Position numbers and translations under genes: made by a program
Shown here: positions 37,882 through 50,684 of the stretch, in pieces
How the letters are laid out: each line of letters opens with the position of its first letter
Numbering within the stretch: position 1 is the stretch's first letter
Assembly: GCA_963830445.1 (NCBI GenBank)
Contig: CAWHMC010000015.1
Coordinates: 3,999-67,998, forward strand
Origin: an uncultured archaeon
Lineage (GTDB): Archaea > Micrarchaeota > Micrarchaeia > Micrarchaeales > CABMGC01
Direction of reading: 5' to 3'
Length of the DNA stretch: 64,000 bases
The notes under the pieces: generated by a model
What the model saw: the letters and a program-made list of their open reading frames with translations, nothing else
Told to the model about the DNA's origin: nothing
The model's database searches: none

Positions 37882-37923
37882 GGCTGCGGAAACGGGGAAT
37901 TTCCGCAGCCTTTCCTTTGATTT
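37882..37923 (+). terminator. Hairpin plus U-rich tract
   Basis: GGCTGCGGAAA-N7-TTTCCGCAGCC then TTTCCTTTGATTT. Confidence 0.7.
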
Positions 37924-37959
37924 AAAGATTAATAAAAGATTTTGGGTTGTGGTGTTGGT

Positions 37960-38790
37960 ATGGAAGGAGGGGAGGAACGGATCATCGCTGACAGTAACCC
38001 ACGCCACGACCGCGGCAGTCCGAACGCTGCCCCTTCCTTGTTAGAAACATTGCCCTTCAGGTTGCAGAACGAAGAGCAGATAGTAAGGGAGCTGAAGCCC
38101 CAATTTATCGGATTCATGATAACGAGGTCCTTTGCCGCTTATGTGGGTGTACTGGGTCTTATCCTCATCTCCGTGGCGGTCCCCATAATATTCAGGAATA
38201 GCGTCGCGAATTTCCTCCCCCTATTCTCCATCATGCCCATCCTGGCTCTCGCTCTGGTGCTGGTAACATCGATCGGGCCGCTCATCGCCTACGGCAAGTC
38301 CTGGTACTGGATCACAAACCACCGGGTTATCGGGAAGAGGGGATTTCTTGGGTACAGCATCGACTCGATACCCTTGGAGAATGTGACCGACATAGTGCTC
38401 ACCAGGACCCTGCTTGACAGGTTCCTTGGACTATCCTCACTGATAATCGTGCCGATGGGGGGCAGCTCCAAGGTGGTCGGAGACATGGCAGAAAAGTCAC
38501 AGAGCCCCAACTTTTTTCCCGCATTGACGCAGGAAACGGCCCGGGAGCTCCAGATGGAGCTCTTCAACCTAAGAGACGAGCTGAAGAAGCCCAGGCAGGT
38601 CAGTTCGCCGGTGAGCAGTCCGGGCATCTCGCAACCGACGACTCCTTCTCCAATTAAAAAAATGCAGCTATCCCACTCCCGTGCAAAGGTAAAGGCTGCG
38701 CCTGCCGTCCCCCATCGGCGAGAGATAGGCTTACGTGGAACAAGAACATTAAACTGGCACAGAGATAGCCATAAAAGCCGCCCAGAGCGT
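37960..38790 (+). CDS. Membrane protein with bacterial PH domain (3' end uncertain)
   Basis: Two TMs then YWITNHRVI.KRGFL....DSIPLENV.D....LLDRFLG; read-through to 39246 overlaps an opposite-strand gene. Confidence 0.65.
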
Positions 38791-38796
38791 AGCAAA

Positions 38797-40058
38797 CTAC
38801 TCAACGCGCAGCTCCTGCGCCAGCGCCCGTATTCCGTCGGCCCGCTGGCCGTTTCCTCCACGTTCCTCTATCTCCGCAAGCATCTCAAAATGGCCGTTCA
38901 TCTCGCAGAAATGCCTCAGCTTCTCCTGCATCCTTTTGTCGCCTGCCATGAGCCCCGCCGCCTCGGAGCTCTTGCCCTCCTTTATCTTCGCCTCTATGGC
39001 CTTCTCCCGGAACTCCTGGATCAGTCCTGTGTTCCCAGAGAGGCCTATCAGCACGAGGCCGAAATCATAGAGCCCATAGGCCTCGCATATGTGCAATGCG
39101 CCGCGCTCATCCTTAAGCTTGTGCAACATGGTTCTGGCAGCGTTCCCCGGCTCGCCCTGCTCCAGCCTATACCTCACCTCCTTCTCGTAGAACGCCCGCT
39201 CCCCCTTCTGCTGCGCATCGCCGCCAGGTCTCCCGCGAGCTCGTAGAGCATCCCGTTCTTGAATATCTCTATCTCCCGCGCACTGCGCTCCTTCGCGAGC
39301 GCCGCATCTCCACCCCGGGCTGCATCTTCAGCTTCCTGGTGGGCCTTCGTAGCGGCATACCTGGTCACATCGGCCAGGCCGAGCATGTCCTTTCCCCTCC
39401 TATGTCTCTCCATGGTCCTGTCTATCAAACGGTCGGCGCGCTCCTGCCCTATGTGCATGAGCGAGAACCTGTATCCGTAATCGTAGGCTCCGAACTGCTC
39501 AAGCACCGAGGCCGTCGTGCCCAGGTGCCCGTACTGCAGCCCCAGCTCCATGATCCTGGCGAACCGGTGCTGCTTGCCGCACTGTTCCATCGCCTTCTTA
39601 ACGAATCCGCGGAGCATCTTCCAGTTCTTTATCCGCAAAGAGAATTCTGCACCTTCGACATACTGCTCTTTCGACTCGAAGTCGGAAGCCGCGAGCCCAG
39701 CGAACTCCTCGGCGCGCTTGGCCTGGCCTTTTCCAGCGGCGAGTTCCCAGCCGCGCGTATAGAGTCCAGCCCTGTTGCAGACCTCGAGAGCGCGTTCCAG
39801 GTTGCCCGCCATGAGTAGCACGGTCACCCCGTCGTTCGCATGGCCCCTGTCCAGCTGCGTGCGCACTATCTCCTTGAGCTCCTTCCTCCCAAGGCTCTCC
39901 AGGGCTATCTTCCCCTGCACTATCGCGCCGCCGGTGGCCAGTGCGCGTCCCTCTCGCGTGTGCAGCATGCGGATAAGGCCGTGCAGCTCGCTCTCCGGCT
40001 TCTGCTGCTCTTCCTTCTTGCCGTTCTTGCGGGCGGACCTGCGTGTCGGATATGCCAT
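38797..40058 (-). CDS. Alpha-helical repeat orphan protein, probably one gene with a frameshift near 39180
   Basis: Recurring A..(I/V)C...GLY..G..L units in both ORF halves. Confidence 0.5.
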
Positions 40059-40115
40059 GAGCATTATGAATCCCGGTTGTGATATAAGAATCTGACGGTC
40101 TTCATCGCAGCGCAT

Positions 40116-40670
40116 TTAAGCCTGCGTACCCGTTGCCAGGAACCTCTCCTCCCTGAAGGCGCGCCTGGTGAGCTCCTTGAGATGTGCCAATACGCTCCCA
40201 CGCGTCCGTTCATAGTGCGAATTCCTATCGTTGCTCGGCATCTCCCAGTACTCGTTGCTCAGCTGACCCATTTCGACAGGGAAGCGCATGTTTGCTACGT
40301 CGATGTTCATATCCGACGAGATAATAAGGTGGAAAAGCGCCCCATAATTCCTTTTGAAGATCACAAACTTCCTGATATTGAGTTCGTTATCCTCCCTACT
40401 AAAATTAAAGGAGTGGGGCTCCAGCAGTACCTGCCTGCCCCCTATTGAGAACTGGGAGAGGACGAAGTCGGGGGTGTAAACTATCCCGCCGCTGTCGCCT
40501 ATCTTGAAGCTGAGTGGGGCATAGTGCGTCCGTATCCCCAGGTCCAGAAGGCACTCCCTATATACTCTCTCGATCGGGCTAGCAACCCTGGTCTCTCTTG
40601 AGAGCAACGTGCCTTCGTTCAATGGGATACCGCGCCGCACTTCACCAACGTTTCTTACCGTGACCGCCAT
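40116..40670 (-). CDS. PD-(D/E)XK-like nuclease-fold protein
   Basis: SPIER..LGI..Y, YTPDFVL, LLEPH; TAAATATC box upstream. Confidence 0.55.
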   Translation of the reverse strand: MAVTVRNVGEVRRGIPLNEGTLLSRETRVASPIERVYRECLLDLGIRTHYAPLSFKIGDSGGIVYTPDFVLSQFSIGGRQVLLEPHSFNFSREDNELNIRKFVIFKRNYGALFHLIISSDMNIDVANMRFPVEMGQLSNEYWEMPSNDRNSHYERTRGSVLAHLKELTRRAFREERFLATGTQA

Positions 40671-40783
40671 ACAAGCACTTTGCAAAATATACCTCTGGAC
40701 CTTAGATATTTATACCGTCTGTCCAAACCGGAAACCCGGGGCTGCCAGAGAAGCCGTATAAATGGAGAGGCACATAACCTATC

Positions 40784-41362
40784 ATGGCAAACACGAGTCC
40801 AAGGAGTTACCTCCTGTTGCTGTTCCTTGCCGCTGCGGCTCTCCTGCTGGCAATGGCATCCCTGCTGTACTGGGGTTCGGGGGTCAGTCCCATTCCAGGC
40901 TCAATCCTAGCGCCTAACCTGTCCTCGCCCTGTCCCTATGGCTATGTCTGTGGCACAAAGGCCAACGGATGCGCCGTGCCCGGAGCCGTCTACAACTGCC
41001 CCATGGAGCCGGCCACCCCTCCAAAGAACGGCACATCAAACGGAACGGTCGCGGTAAACCTGACCCAGGAGCTGAAGAACGCAGCCGCGGACGGGTTCAC
41101 CCTCACGCAGAGCATGTTCTACGCGAACTCCTCATCGGCATGCTCGAAGCAGCAGATAACCGCATGCAACAACAACGTGCCCAGCCAGTTCGTCTGCGTG
41201 AACCAGCAGTATGCCGGCCTCGTCTCCTCCCAGTGGAAGAGCATATACCCTTTCCCGACTCCGTGCCCTCTGTTCCTTATGGCGGGAACAGCCTCCTGCG
41301 GGGTCAGCGATGGCTACTGCGTGGTACTCCAAACCGGATCTGAAGTGCCGATTACTCCGTGA
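40784..41362 (+). CDS. Cys-rich membrane-anchored/secreted protein
   Basis: N-terminal hydrophobic helix and ten Cys. Confidence 0.65.
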   Translation: MANTSPRSYLLLLFLAAAALLLAMASLLYWGSGVSPIPGSILAPNLSSPCPYGYVCGTKANGCAVPGAVYNCPMEPATPPKNGTSNGTVAVNLTQELKNAAADGFTLTQSMFYANSSSACSKQQITACNNNVPSQFVCVNQQYAGLVSSQWKSIYPFPTPCPLFLMAGTASCGVSDGYCVVLQTGSEVPITP

Positions 41363-42002
41363 GCATCTTGAAGGCGATGTTCCAGTTGTTGTACTTCGCG
41401 GCATAGGTCACCCAAAGCACGCACAGAGGCTCCATTATCCTTGACTGCTCTATCTTCCCCAGATCGGTTATGTTCTTCCAGCCGAAGGCCTGTAGGATGC
41501 CCCTGACCTGCTCCTTCGCCCCATCATCATTGCCGCAGAGCAGCATATCCGGCTCCCCCTGCTTCAGCTTCGGGTTGACCATCAGTGAGTTCCCCACTAT
41601 GTTCAGGGTCTTGACGACCTTCGCATCTGGCAGCAACCGTTGTACCGTCTCGCCGGCCGAGTTGTTAAAACCGACGGTTAGCCTGGGCGGCATCCCTGCT
41701 GAAAAGTCCAGGGGGTTAGTCACGTCTATCACTGTCTTTCCCGCAAGGTTCTTCGCGCCCGCAAGTCCGAGCGCCTCTTCTATGACCTTCCCTCCTACCG
41801 CAAGGACCACCACCTCTCCGAATCTAGCGACATCATCAAATTTTCCGACGGAGAGCTTTTTGCCACCCGTCTCTTCGAGCAGCGGCTTGAGCTTATCCGC
41901 ATTGCCGTCACGCGTACCTATCATTACTTCATAATCCAAACCCGCGAAGCCGCGCGCAAGCGCCTGACCAACATCTCCCGAACCCAGTATCCCAATCTTC
42001 AT
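41352..42002 (-). CDS. NADPH-dependent F420 reductase family oxidoreductase
   Basis: GILGSGDVG, GKTVIDVTNPL, SAGE..Q, VVKTLN, CGND..AK. Confidence 0.85.
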   Translation of the reverse strand: MKIGILGSGDVGQALARGFAGLDYEVMIGTRDGNADKLKPLLEETGGKKLSVGKFDDVARFGEVVVLAVGGKVIEEALGLAGAKNLAGKTVIDVTNPLDFSAGMPPRLTVGFNNSAGETVQRLLPDAKVVKTLNIVGNSLMVNPKLKQGEPDMLLCGNDDGAKEQVRGILQAFGWKNITDLGKIEQSRIMEPLCVLWVTYAAKYNNWNIAFKMLTE

Positions 42003-42074
42003 GCACTCACTATCAGTATCAATTAAGATACTACATTTTAATATGGTATAGACAAAGAATATATTGGTGGATAA

Positions 42075-42500
42075 ATGGTGACCAAGCGGCAGGTCGAGTA
42101 TAAGCGAGAGATACGGAAGCAGATCTCAGGAGGACTAATAGACAAGAGAGTCCAGACGCTAAACGACTGGCGCGGAGAGCTGTTTTCCCGCATCCGCGCT
42201 TTGATGAAGGAAGCAGATCCAGAAATCGTCGAGGAAGTGAAGTGGATAAAACCTGACAACCCGCTCGGGACCGCGATCTGGTCTCACGATGGGGGGATCT
42301 GCACCTGCGAGGCCTACAAGAATCACATAAGGATGACATTCCCCAAAGGCGCCTCGTTGGATGACCCTTCGGGCCTCTTCAATTCCAGTCTCGATGCCAA
42401 GGTATGGCGCGCCATCGTCTTCCACGAAGGCGACAAGATCAATGAAAAAGCGCTGAAAACTCTTATCCGCGCCGCCGTGACCTTGAACAAGTCCCCTTGA
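42075..42500 (+). CDS. DUF1801 (YdhG-like) protein
   Basis: DWRGE...IR...ADPEIVEEVKW, F.KGASL.DP..LFN. Confidence 0.8.
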   Translation: MVTKRQVEYKREIRKQISGGLIDKRVQTLNDWRGELFSRIRALMKEADPEIVEEVKWIKPDNPLGTAIWSHDGGICTCEAYKNHIRMTFPKGASLDDPSGLFNSSLDAKVWRAIVFHEGDKINEKALKTLIRAAVTLNKSP

Positions 42501-42506
42501 ATGAGA

Positions 42507-42579
42507 TGGGGAGTACGAGATTTGAACTCGTGTCATCAGGTCCCAAACCTGATAGCCTACCAAGCTAGCATAACTCCCC
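42507..42579 (-). tRNA. tRNA-Pro(TGG)
   Basis: GGGGAGT/ACTCCCC acceptor, TCAGG-TTTGGGA-CCTGA anticodon arm, ACGAG-TTCAAAT-CTCGT T arm. Confidence 0.92.
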
Positions 42580-42622
42580 GTGAGGATTATTATCTATTAA
42601 TAATGATAAATATAGCTTTGCT

Positions 42623-42925
42623 CTAACGGCTGGTTTGTCTTCTCAAATATCCTCTCCGAATGCTGGTCCGAGCAGGTTCCCTTCCGATAACAACACCTGC
42701 GGCCTTACCATCTTTCACCATGCCTATAACGCCGCTGACTTCCATCCCTCTATTAAGCATCTTGCATGCATCATCCAACTGGCGGTAGTGAGCTTGCATT
42801 GCCGGGTCATCATAGCAATCGACATCCTCTACTTCTCTAGGAGGCCATCTTCCGGCTCCTCTTCCTAAACTTTTGCATAGCTCATCCATAATCTTCGGAT
42901 CCCTTAGGTCAGCAAGAGTTGTCAC
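42623..42925 (-). CDS. Hypothetical protein
   Basis: ORF fills the gap between flanking genes; no recognised motif. Confidence 0.4.
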   Translation of the reverse strand: MTTLADLRDPKIMDELCKSLGRGAGRWPPREVEDVDCYDDPAMQAHYRQLDDACKMLNRGMEVSGVIGMVKDGKAAGVVIGREPARTSIRRGYLRRQTSR

Positions 42926-42962
42926 ATTATCCCGTTACCATAAGGCAAGGAAAGGGATTTAA

Positions 42963-43412
42963 TTATGCCTTTGGCAGCCTGCCCCTCGGCTTGGGCAGTT
43001 TCAGGTTGGGGAATACCTTGGCCAGCATCTCCTGGTTCATGTCCGCGTCGAAGCCCAGGTTCTGCATGATCTTTCGGATAAGATAGGTATTCGCTATCTC
43101 CTTGAGCTCCGGCTTCACCGTGCAGGCCTTCTCCACGGCGGCCTTCGCATCGGACGAGCCCATCGCCTCTATGGCAGTGGCGAGGTCCTTGAAGTTCTTC
43201 TTCCTGCCCGCGGTTATGGTGCCCGCGCAGGCATCCAGCGTAGCCATGTCTATGCCTATGAATTCGAAGCCCTTCTTGTCCAGGGTCTGGCGTATGCCGG
43301 CCAGGTGGAACGCGACCTCCTCGGGGCCCGTGTTGTCGTGAACGCTGAGCTTCCTTATGGCTATCCAGTTGTTGTACTTGGCCATGAACTCTATCGCATC
43401 ACCTTCGCTCAT
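42963..43412 (-). CDS. DUF2666-like archaeal protein
   Basis: IEFMAKY..W....K...T..EEVA..LA.I; FP.LKLPKPRGR C-terminus. Confidence 0.65.
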   Translation of the reverse strand: MSEGDAIEFMAKYNNWIAIRKLSVHDNTGPEEVAFHLAGIRQTLDKKGFEFIGIDMATLDACAGTITAGRKKNFKDLATAIEAMGSSDAKAAVEKACTVKPELKEIANTYLIRKIMQNLGFDADMNQEMLAKVFPNLKLPKPRGRLPKA

Positions 43413-43420
43413 GAACCTAC

Positions 43421-43642
43421 CTACTTGGAGAGTGCGTAGTAGCCCGACGCCTTTTCACGCGCCACGCGCTTCAGCTTGTTCTTGTCCACGAGTGCGATGA
43501 GTGTGTTCGTTACGAGACCCTTGGGTCGGTTGCACTTCTTTGCGATGTCGTCAGCCGTCTTCTTCTTTTCCTCGCTCACGGCGCCCAGTTCCCTAACCGC
43601 TTCAAGTACCAGATTCTCTATCGGAGTCAGTTCGTCTGTCAT
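43421..43642 (-). CDS. Small winged-helix protein
   Basis: KTADDIAKKCNRPKGLV..L..LV.K..LKR....GYY. Confidence 0.7.
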   Translation of the reverse strand: MTDELTPIENLVLEAVRELGAVSEEKKKTADDIAKKCNRPKGLVTNTLIALVDKNKLKRVAREKASGYYALSK

Positions 43643-43673
43643 ATGATTACCTTTTCTAAGGCTTAAACGTCAG

Positions 43674-43826
43674 CTACTTCTTCACAAGCGCCTTCTTTCT
43701 CTTCGGGCGGAGGTACTTGCTGCCGCACTTCCTGCACTTTGCGATGCCTGCACGGTTGCGCGCCTTGCATCTCCTGCATACCGATATCTTGGCCAATTCC
43801 TCGTCAGCCAATGCAAATTTTCCCAT
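43674..43826 (-). CDS. rpl40e: Ribosomal protein eL40
   Basis: VCRRCKARN....KCRKCGSKYLRPK; 50 aa, absent from the ORF track. Confidence 0.92.
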   Translation of the reverse strand: MGKFALADEELAKISVCRRCKARNRAGIAKCRKCGSKYLRPKRKKALVKK

Positions 43827-43959
43827 AATGAACACTAGGTAAGGTTAATACGTGGGAATATATTGCACGGAAAGGTATTTATTCATTGTTTGCATCCTGG
43901 CCCTGCAAGGCTAACCGAACACCGTCGGAAGGTATTTATACGTTTTACGCCTAAGTTAA

Positions 43960-46140
<2,181 letters not shown>

Positions 46141-46169
46141 CTCCGCATTATACTAAAGAAAGTGATATC

Positions 46170-46571
46170 ATGCAGATTGTTTACTCGGACAGGAAGAGTG
46201 GAAAGACCGGACAGGTAGCGGTGGCCAAGGAGCGCGAAGCGCAGCTTATCGGGCACAAGATGGGGGAGGTCGTCGACGGCGCGGTAGTGGCGCTGGACGG
46301 ATTCAAGCTTAAGATCACGGGCATGAGCGACAACAACGGCGCCCCATCCCGCTCGGAGATAGACGGGACGCTGAAGGCGCACCCGCTGCTGGGCAAGGGC
46401 GTTGGCATGCGCCTGCGCGGCAAGGGACTGCGTTCACGCAGGCTCGTGCGCGGCAACACCATCAGCACCGACACGGTGCAGGTGAACACCGTAATCGAGG
46501 AGTACGGCAGCAAGCCCCAGGAGGAGCTGTTCAAGCCCAAGGAGAAGGCAGCTGAGGAAGAAAAGAAGTAA
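46170..46571 (+). CDS. rps6e: Ribosomal protein eS6
   Basis: KLKITGMSD..G.P, RRLVRGNTIS..TVQVN. Confidence 0.92.
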   Translation: MQIVYSDRKSGKTGQVAVAKEREAQLIGHKMGEVVDGAVVALDGFKLKITGMSDNNGAPSRSEIDGTLKAHPLLGKGVGMRLRGKGLRSRRLVRGNTISTDTVQVNTVIEEYGSKPQEELFKPKEKAAEEEKK

Positions 46572-47788
46572 TGATGCCTATGATCAAGCAGAGCGAGCTT
46601 AACATCGGGACCCTGGGCCACGTCGACCACGGAAAGACGACCCTGGTATCCGCGATAACCCACGCCTGGACCGACGTCCACAGCGAGAGCGTGAAGCGGA
46701 GCATGACCATCAAGCTCGGCTACGCCGACGCGATAATAAAGAAGTGCGGAGGCGGAGGGATCTTCCCATTCACAGTAGGCGACAAGTGCGCCGACGGATC
46801 CACTCCAGAGATATTCAGGAAGGTCTCGCTTCTCGATGCGCCGGGCCACGAGACGCTCATGGCAACTGCCATAGCCAGCTCGAGCATCATCGACTGCGCC
46901 CTATTCGTCATAGCCGCATCGGAGCCCTGCCCCATGCCGCAGACAAGGGAGCACCTGATGATAATCAACGCGCTGGGGATAAAGAACGTGATAATCGCCC
47001 AGACGAAGGTGGACATCATCGGCAAGGAGGCCGCGAAGAAGCACTACGACCAGATAAGGGCGTTCGTGAAGGGGAGCGTGGTCGAGAACTCACCTGTGAT
47101 ACCGCTCATGGCGAACAAGGGGATCAACATAGACGCGCTGCTATCGGAGATTGCCGGACTGAAGATCCCGGAGCGCGATGTCCATGCTGACCCGATAATG
47201 TACGTGGCGCGATCATTCGACGTCAACAGGCCGGGCATCCAGATGAAGGAGATGGTGGGCGGCGTCGTGGGGGGCTCGATAATAAGGGGAACATTCAAGA
47301 TCGGGGATGAGATAGAGATAAGGCCGGGCGTCAACCTCTCCGGGGACAAGGCGAAGAGGGAGGTGTACGAACCGCTCATAACCAAGATCGACAGCCTTTC
47401 GGCGGGCGACCAGAAGCTGGACAGCGCCATAGCGGGAGGGCTCATAGCGATAGGTACCGAGACCGACCCCTCATTCACCAAGGCCGACGGCCTGGTGGGC
47501 CAGGTGGTGGGCAAGGCAGGTCACCTGCCGGAGAGCAGGGAGGAGATAACAATAACCTACACTTCATTGAACAGGACCGACATCCCGAAGCAGGCGTTCC
47601 GCCAGAACGAGCAGGTGCTGCTGGGGATAGGAACGGGCACGTTTGTCGGCATGATAACAAACCTGAAGAAGAACAGGCTCGAGATACGCCTCAACCGCGC
47701 GGCCTGCATAGACAAGAGCACGAAGATCTCGGTTCTGAGGAACTTCATCCAGCGCTGGAAGCTATCTGGATTCGGAATCCTCGTATGA
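46571..47788 (+). CDS. eif2g: Translation initiation factor aIF2 gamma
   Basis: [36 protein letters not shown]. Confidence 0.95.
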   Translation: MMPMIKQSELNIGTLGHVDHGKTTLVSAITHAWTDVHSESVKRSMTIKLGYADAIIKKCGGGGIFPFTVGDKCADGSTPEIFRKVSLLDAPGHETLMATAIASSSIIDCALFVIAASEPCPMPQTREHLMIINALGIKNVIIAQTKVDIIGKEAAKKHYDQIRAFVKGSVVENSPVIPLMANKGINIDALLSEIAGLKIPERDVHADPIMYVARSFDVNRPGIQMKEMVGGVVGGSIIRGTFKIGDEIEIRPGVNLSGDKAKREVYEPLITKIDSLSAGDQKLDSAIAGGLIAIGTETDPSFTKADGLVGQVVGKAGHLPESREEITITYTSLNRTDIPKQAFRQNEQVLLGIGTGTFVGMITNLKKNRLEIRLNRAACIDKSTKISVLRNFIQRWKLSGFGILV

Positions 47789-47813
47789 TTCATCTGCGAA
47801 CTAATATTCTGAC

Positions 47814-48488
47814 GTGCGTCGGACTCCCAAATCCATTTTGGAAAAGAACACAGAAGCATTCATGGTCAGATTCACGTATGATACTCAACGCATCGAGGGG
47901 TCCAAACTTTCCTTACGAGATACGGGAATGGTTCTGATCGACAAAATTGTTCCTAGAGATGCAAAGATTGATGATGTAAAAGAGGCCGAGGCTCACAAGA
48001 AGGTATTCTACTCTATGTTGAAATACAACGGAGAGTTTAGCATGGATGTAGTTCTGGAGTGGCATAGACTCCTATTCGCCGAAACAAAACCTGACGTTGC
48101 AGGTAAAGTAAGGGGATATCCTGTTTTGATAACCAACAGCGACTTCGTACCTCCAAAAGCCGAGCAGTTAGAACGCCTGCTTTCAGACTTCTTCAACTGG
48201 TATGAGCTAAACGAGAAGCTTCTCCATCCTGTCAGGCTTGCTGCGCTAGCGCATCTAAAGCTCGTTACAATACACCCATTCGGGGATGGGAATGGCAGAA
48301 TATCCAGGATGATATTGAATTTTGTGCTCAAGAGTTTCTCATACCCTCTGATAGACATAAAATACGTAAATAGATACAGCTACTATAAGGCTCTTGAAAG
48401 GTCGCAGATAGAAAAGGATGAACGGATCTTTTCAGAGTGGTTCTTCCGACAATATGCCGAGGATAACAAAGCCCACACCGGCCGTTAA
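47814..48488 (+). CDS. Fic family protein, possibly N-terminally truncated
   Basis: HPFGDGNGRISR, FTYDTQRIEGS; AT-richer than flanks. Confidence 0.85.
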   Translation: MRRTPKSILEKNTEAFMVRFTYDTQRIEGSKLSLRDTGMVLIDKIVPRDAKIDDVKEAEAHKKVFYSMLKYNGEFSMDVVLEWHRLLFAETKPDVAGKVRGYPVLITNSDFVPPKAEQLERLLSDFFNWYELNEKLLHPVRLAALAHLKLVTIHPFGDGNGRISRMILNFVLKSFSYPLIDIKYVNRYSYYKALERSQIEKDERIFSEWFFRQYAEDNKAHTGR

Positions 48489-49455
48489 TCAGAGTAAAGC
48501 TCTGCAGCCACGCTTATTATCTCATCAGCGAGCGCCTTTCTCCCCGAAGGCGTCTTCATGTCGTACCTCTTCCTGTCAAACTGAAACCAGAGGCATGCGG
48601 ATGGCCCCCGCCTCCAAACCTGTTTGCGAGTGTCGAGCAGTCATTCTTGACGCTCCTGAGGTGTACCTTATCCGAGTCTACATTTATGTAACATCCGATG
48701 TCGCTGCCCGTCTTCTTTATTATCCGCTGGCACGCGTCGTTCGTGGAGACTATGGGAGTGAATCCGATGGAGATGACGCCGCCCGTTATCACTGTCTTCA
48801 TCATCTTGTCGAGACGCTCCTCGTTCAGCTCCGAGAACTTCGCCGACGCGCGCTGCAGGAACTCAGGTATGATCTCGCCGTTGCTTATGCATTCCGCTAT
48901 CTGCTCCGCGCGCTCCAGGTAGGCGCTCTGCCCCTGCATCCTAAAGTAGGCGAGGCCCAGTACGTATCCCCCGATGATATTCCTCATCTTCGTGTTGTCC
49001 GGAGTCAGTGCAAAGTCAGAGATGTGGACCATGTGCAGCAGTGCCTTCACGAACGGGTCGTCCAGGCCTATCTGGGCGGCCGTTATCTCAGAGGCGCAGA
49101 ACTTCTCGTTCTCTCCCACCACCGCCTTGTCGCACTGCTTCGCCAGAAGTTCGAGATTCTCGCTGTCCCATTTATGGTGGTCGAACCAGAACACCTTCCC
49201 GTTCCTGGATTTGACGTGCGAGATTATCCTCGAGAAGCCAGGCGCAGTGGATCCTTCAGCGCCCAGATCCGTTATGAAGAGCGTCCCTCCTCGTATGAAC
49301 TTCCTCTTCACCAGCTTCTCTATCCTGAGCAGCTCTTCCTCTCCGTAATCGGCGAATAGTATGCTGCTCCCGTTGATCCCGTACTTGCGCATCAGCAGCC
49401 CGGCGCTCGCTATGCCGTCAAAGTCAGCGGCGTGAGTTATGACTAAAGCGTCCAT
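48485..49455 (-). CDS. DHH/DHHA1 phosphoesterase
   Basis: HAADFDG, ITDL, FDHH, GGGGHPHASG; the true stop at 48485 requires one base restored near 48580. Confidence 0.8.
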
Positions 49456-49533
49456 GGCTAGACAATGAACGTTACTAAATAAAAGCTTAGCTAATCCGCG
49501 AGTTAGTGGCAAGAAGGAGGAGAGACCACGGCC

Positions 49534-49569
49534 AAAGAGGAAAAGACAGGCCCGCTGGTGAAGCGGGCC
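49534..49569 (-). terminator. Hairpin plus U-rich tract
   Basis: GGCCCGCT-N5-AGCGGGCC followed on minus by TGTCTTTTCCTCTTT. Confidence 0.5.
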
Positions 49570-49576
49570 CGCTCAT

Positions 49577-50092
49577 CTACTGTGGAGGTGATATAATGAG
49601 TATATTGGTCGCCTTGCCAGCATCATATTTGTAATAAACTTTGTGACCGAGCTGGAACCTCTCCAGGAGGCCCTTCTCGCGCAGCTTGTTCAGCCGGTTG
49701 CATGCCGCATTCTTTCCCTTGTAGCCCATGACCGCCTTTACCTCGTCGGCGCAGGCCATCTCCTTGGACTGAACATAGTTGACTATCTTAATATCAAGCG
49801 CCGAAAGCGCCACTTCGCGCCGGACGGGCGCCTCATCATAGGTGTTCTCCTCCTGCGTGTAGGACTGTTGCACGTCATGCTCCATCTTCGTGATCTTGGC
49901 GGTTATGCTGGAGAGAATCTTGTTCGTTCGCTCCCGCTCTTCTGTCATGTACCTGAGGATGACGGCCATGTTGCTCCCTTCCGGGACCACGGGCTCCTTC
50001 TTCGAGGCAAGCGCCGCAAGCTCGCTCTTCAGGGTCTGTATCTCCCTCTCGATTTGCTTGCTTGTTTTTGCCATCCCATTCACCGTCGTCAT
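49577..50092 (-). CDS. Coiled-coil plus winged-helix protein
   Basis: Heptad N-terminus; ACADEV...GYKGKNAACNRLNKL...GLLER...GHKVYY. Confidence 0.75.
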   Translation of the reverse strand: MTTVNGMAKTSKQIEREIQTLKSELAALASKKEPVVPEGSNMAVILRYMTEERERTNKILSSITAKITKMEHDVQQSYTQEENTYDEAPVRREVALSALDIKIVNYVQSKEMACADEVKAVMGYKGKNAACNRLNKLREKGLLERFQLGHKVYYKYDAGKATNILIISPPQ

Positions 50093-50102
50093 CTGATCTT
50101 AA

Positions 50103-50132
50103 TTCATGAACCTTATGTATTTGGTTCGTGAA
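50103..50132. promoter_or_regulatory. Inverted repeat, possible autoregulatory operator
   Basis: TTCATGAACC-N10-GGTTCGTGAA between the TATA-like box and the start at 50092. Confidence 0.5.
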
Positions 50133-50270
50133 AGAATCACGATTGAATCATAAGATAATAAGGTATATAAAGCTTCTGTTTTAGTGGACATATAATACAC
50201 ATGCACAGCAATCAAATAAAAAATTCATAACCAATAAATATCTGTCCCCCACTTTCTCTAGTACAAGTAC

Positions 50271-50684
50271 ATGACCACCCTACAACACTCGTTCCGCGTT
50301 CCTCCAGCACGCAAAGGCGTTTTGACAAAAGACAACTCAGGGCATGGCGCATATACTTCATCCTACATTATCTCTTTTCCTAAGGGAGAAAGCATCAGGG
50401 CGAGGGACGCCCAGCGCTTCATGCAGGTAGAGCTCAATGAGACCCCCACGCTCAAGAAAAGCGTCGAGATCCAGGTGCAGGTAGTGGCCGATATCATCCA
50501 TGTACGGCTTGTCGGCCGCACCAACGGGAACGACTCGGCTGCCGACAAGGCGATCCATGCGTTTGTGGAGGAGACCGGCGTAATGCTCGATTATCGCTAT
50601 CCCCTGGACTCGCCCCATAGGATTATCGGGGAACAGACGCGCGCAGGCGCAGCTACCTACTCTGCTCTTCGGCGCTCTCTCTAG
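50271..50684 (+). CDS. Orphan hypothetical protein
   Basis: TAAATATC at 50235, 36 nt before the ATG. Confidence 0.55.
   Translation: MTTLQHSFRVPPARKGVLTKDNSGHGAYTSSYIISFPKGESIRARDAQRFMQVELNETPTLKKSVEIQVQVVADIIHVRLVGRTNGNDSAADKAIHAFVEETGVMLDYRYPLDSPHRIIGEQTRAGAATYSALRRSL

Noticed and set aside
38790..39246. C-terminal extension of the PH-domain ORF
   Set aside because: Antisense to a plausible minus-strand gene and compositionally shadow-like; probably read-through after an indel.
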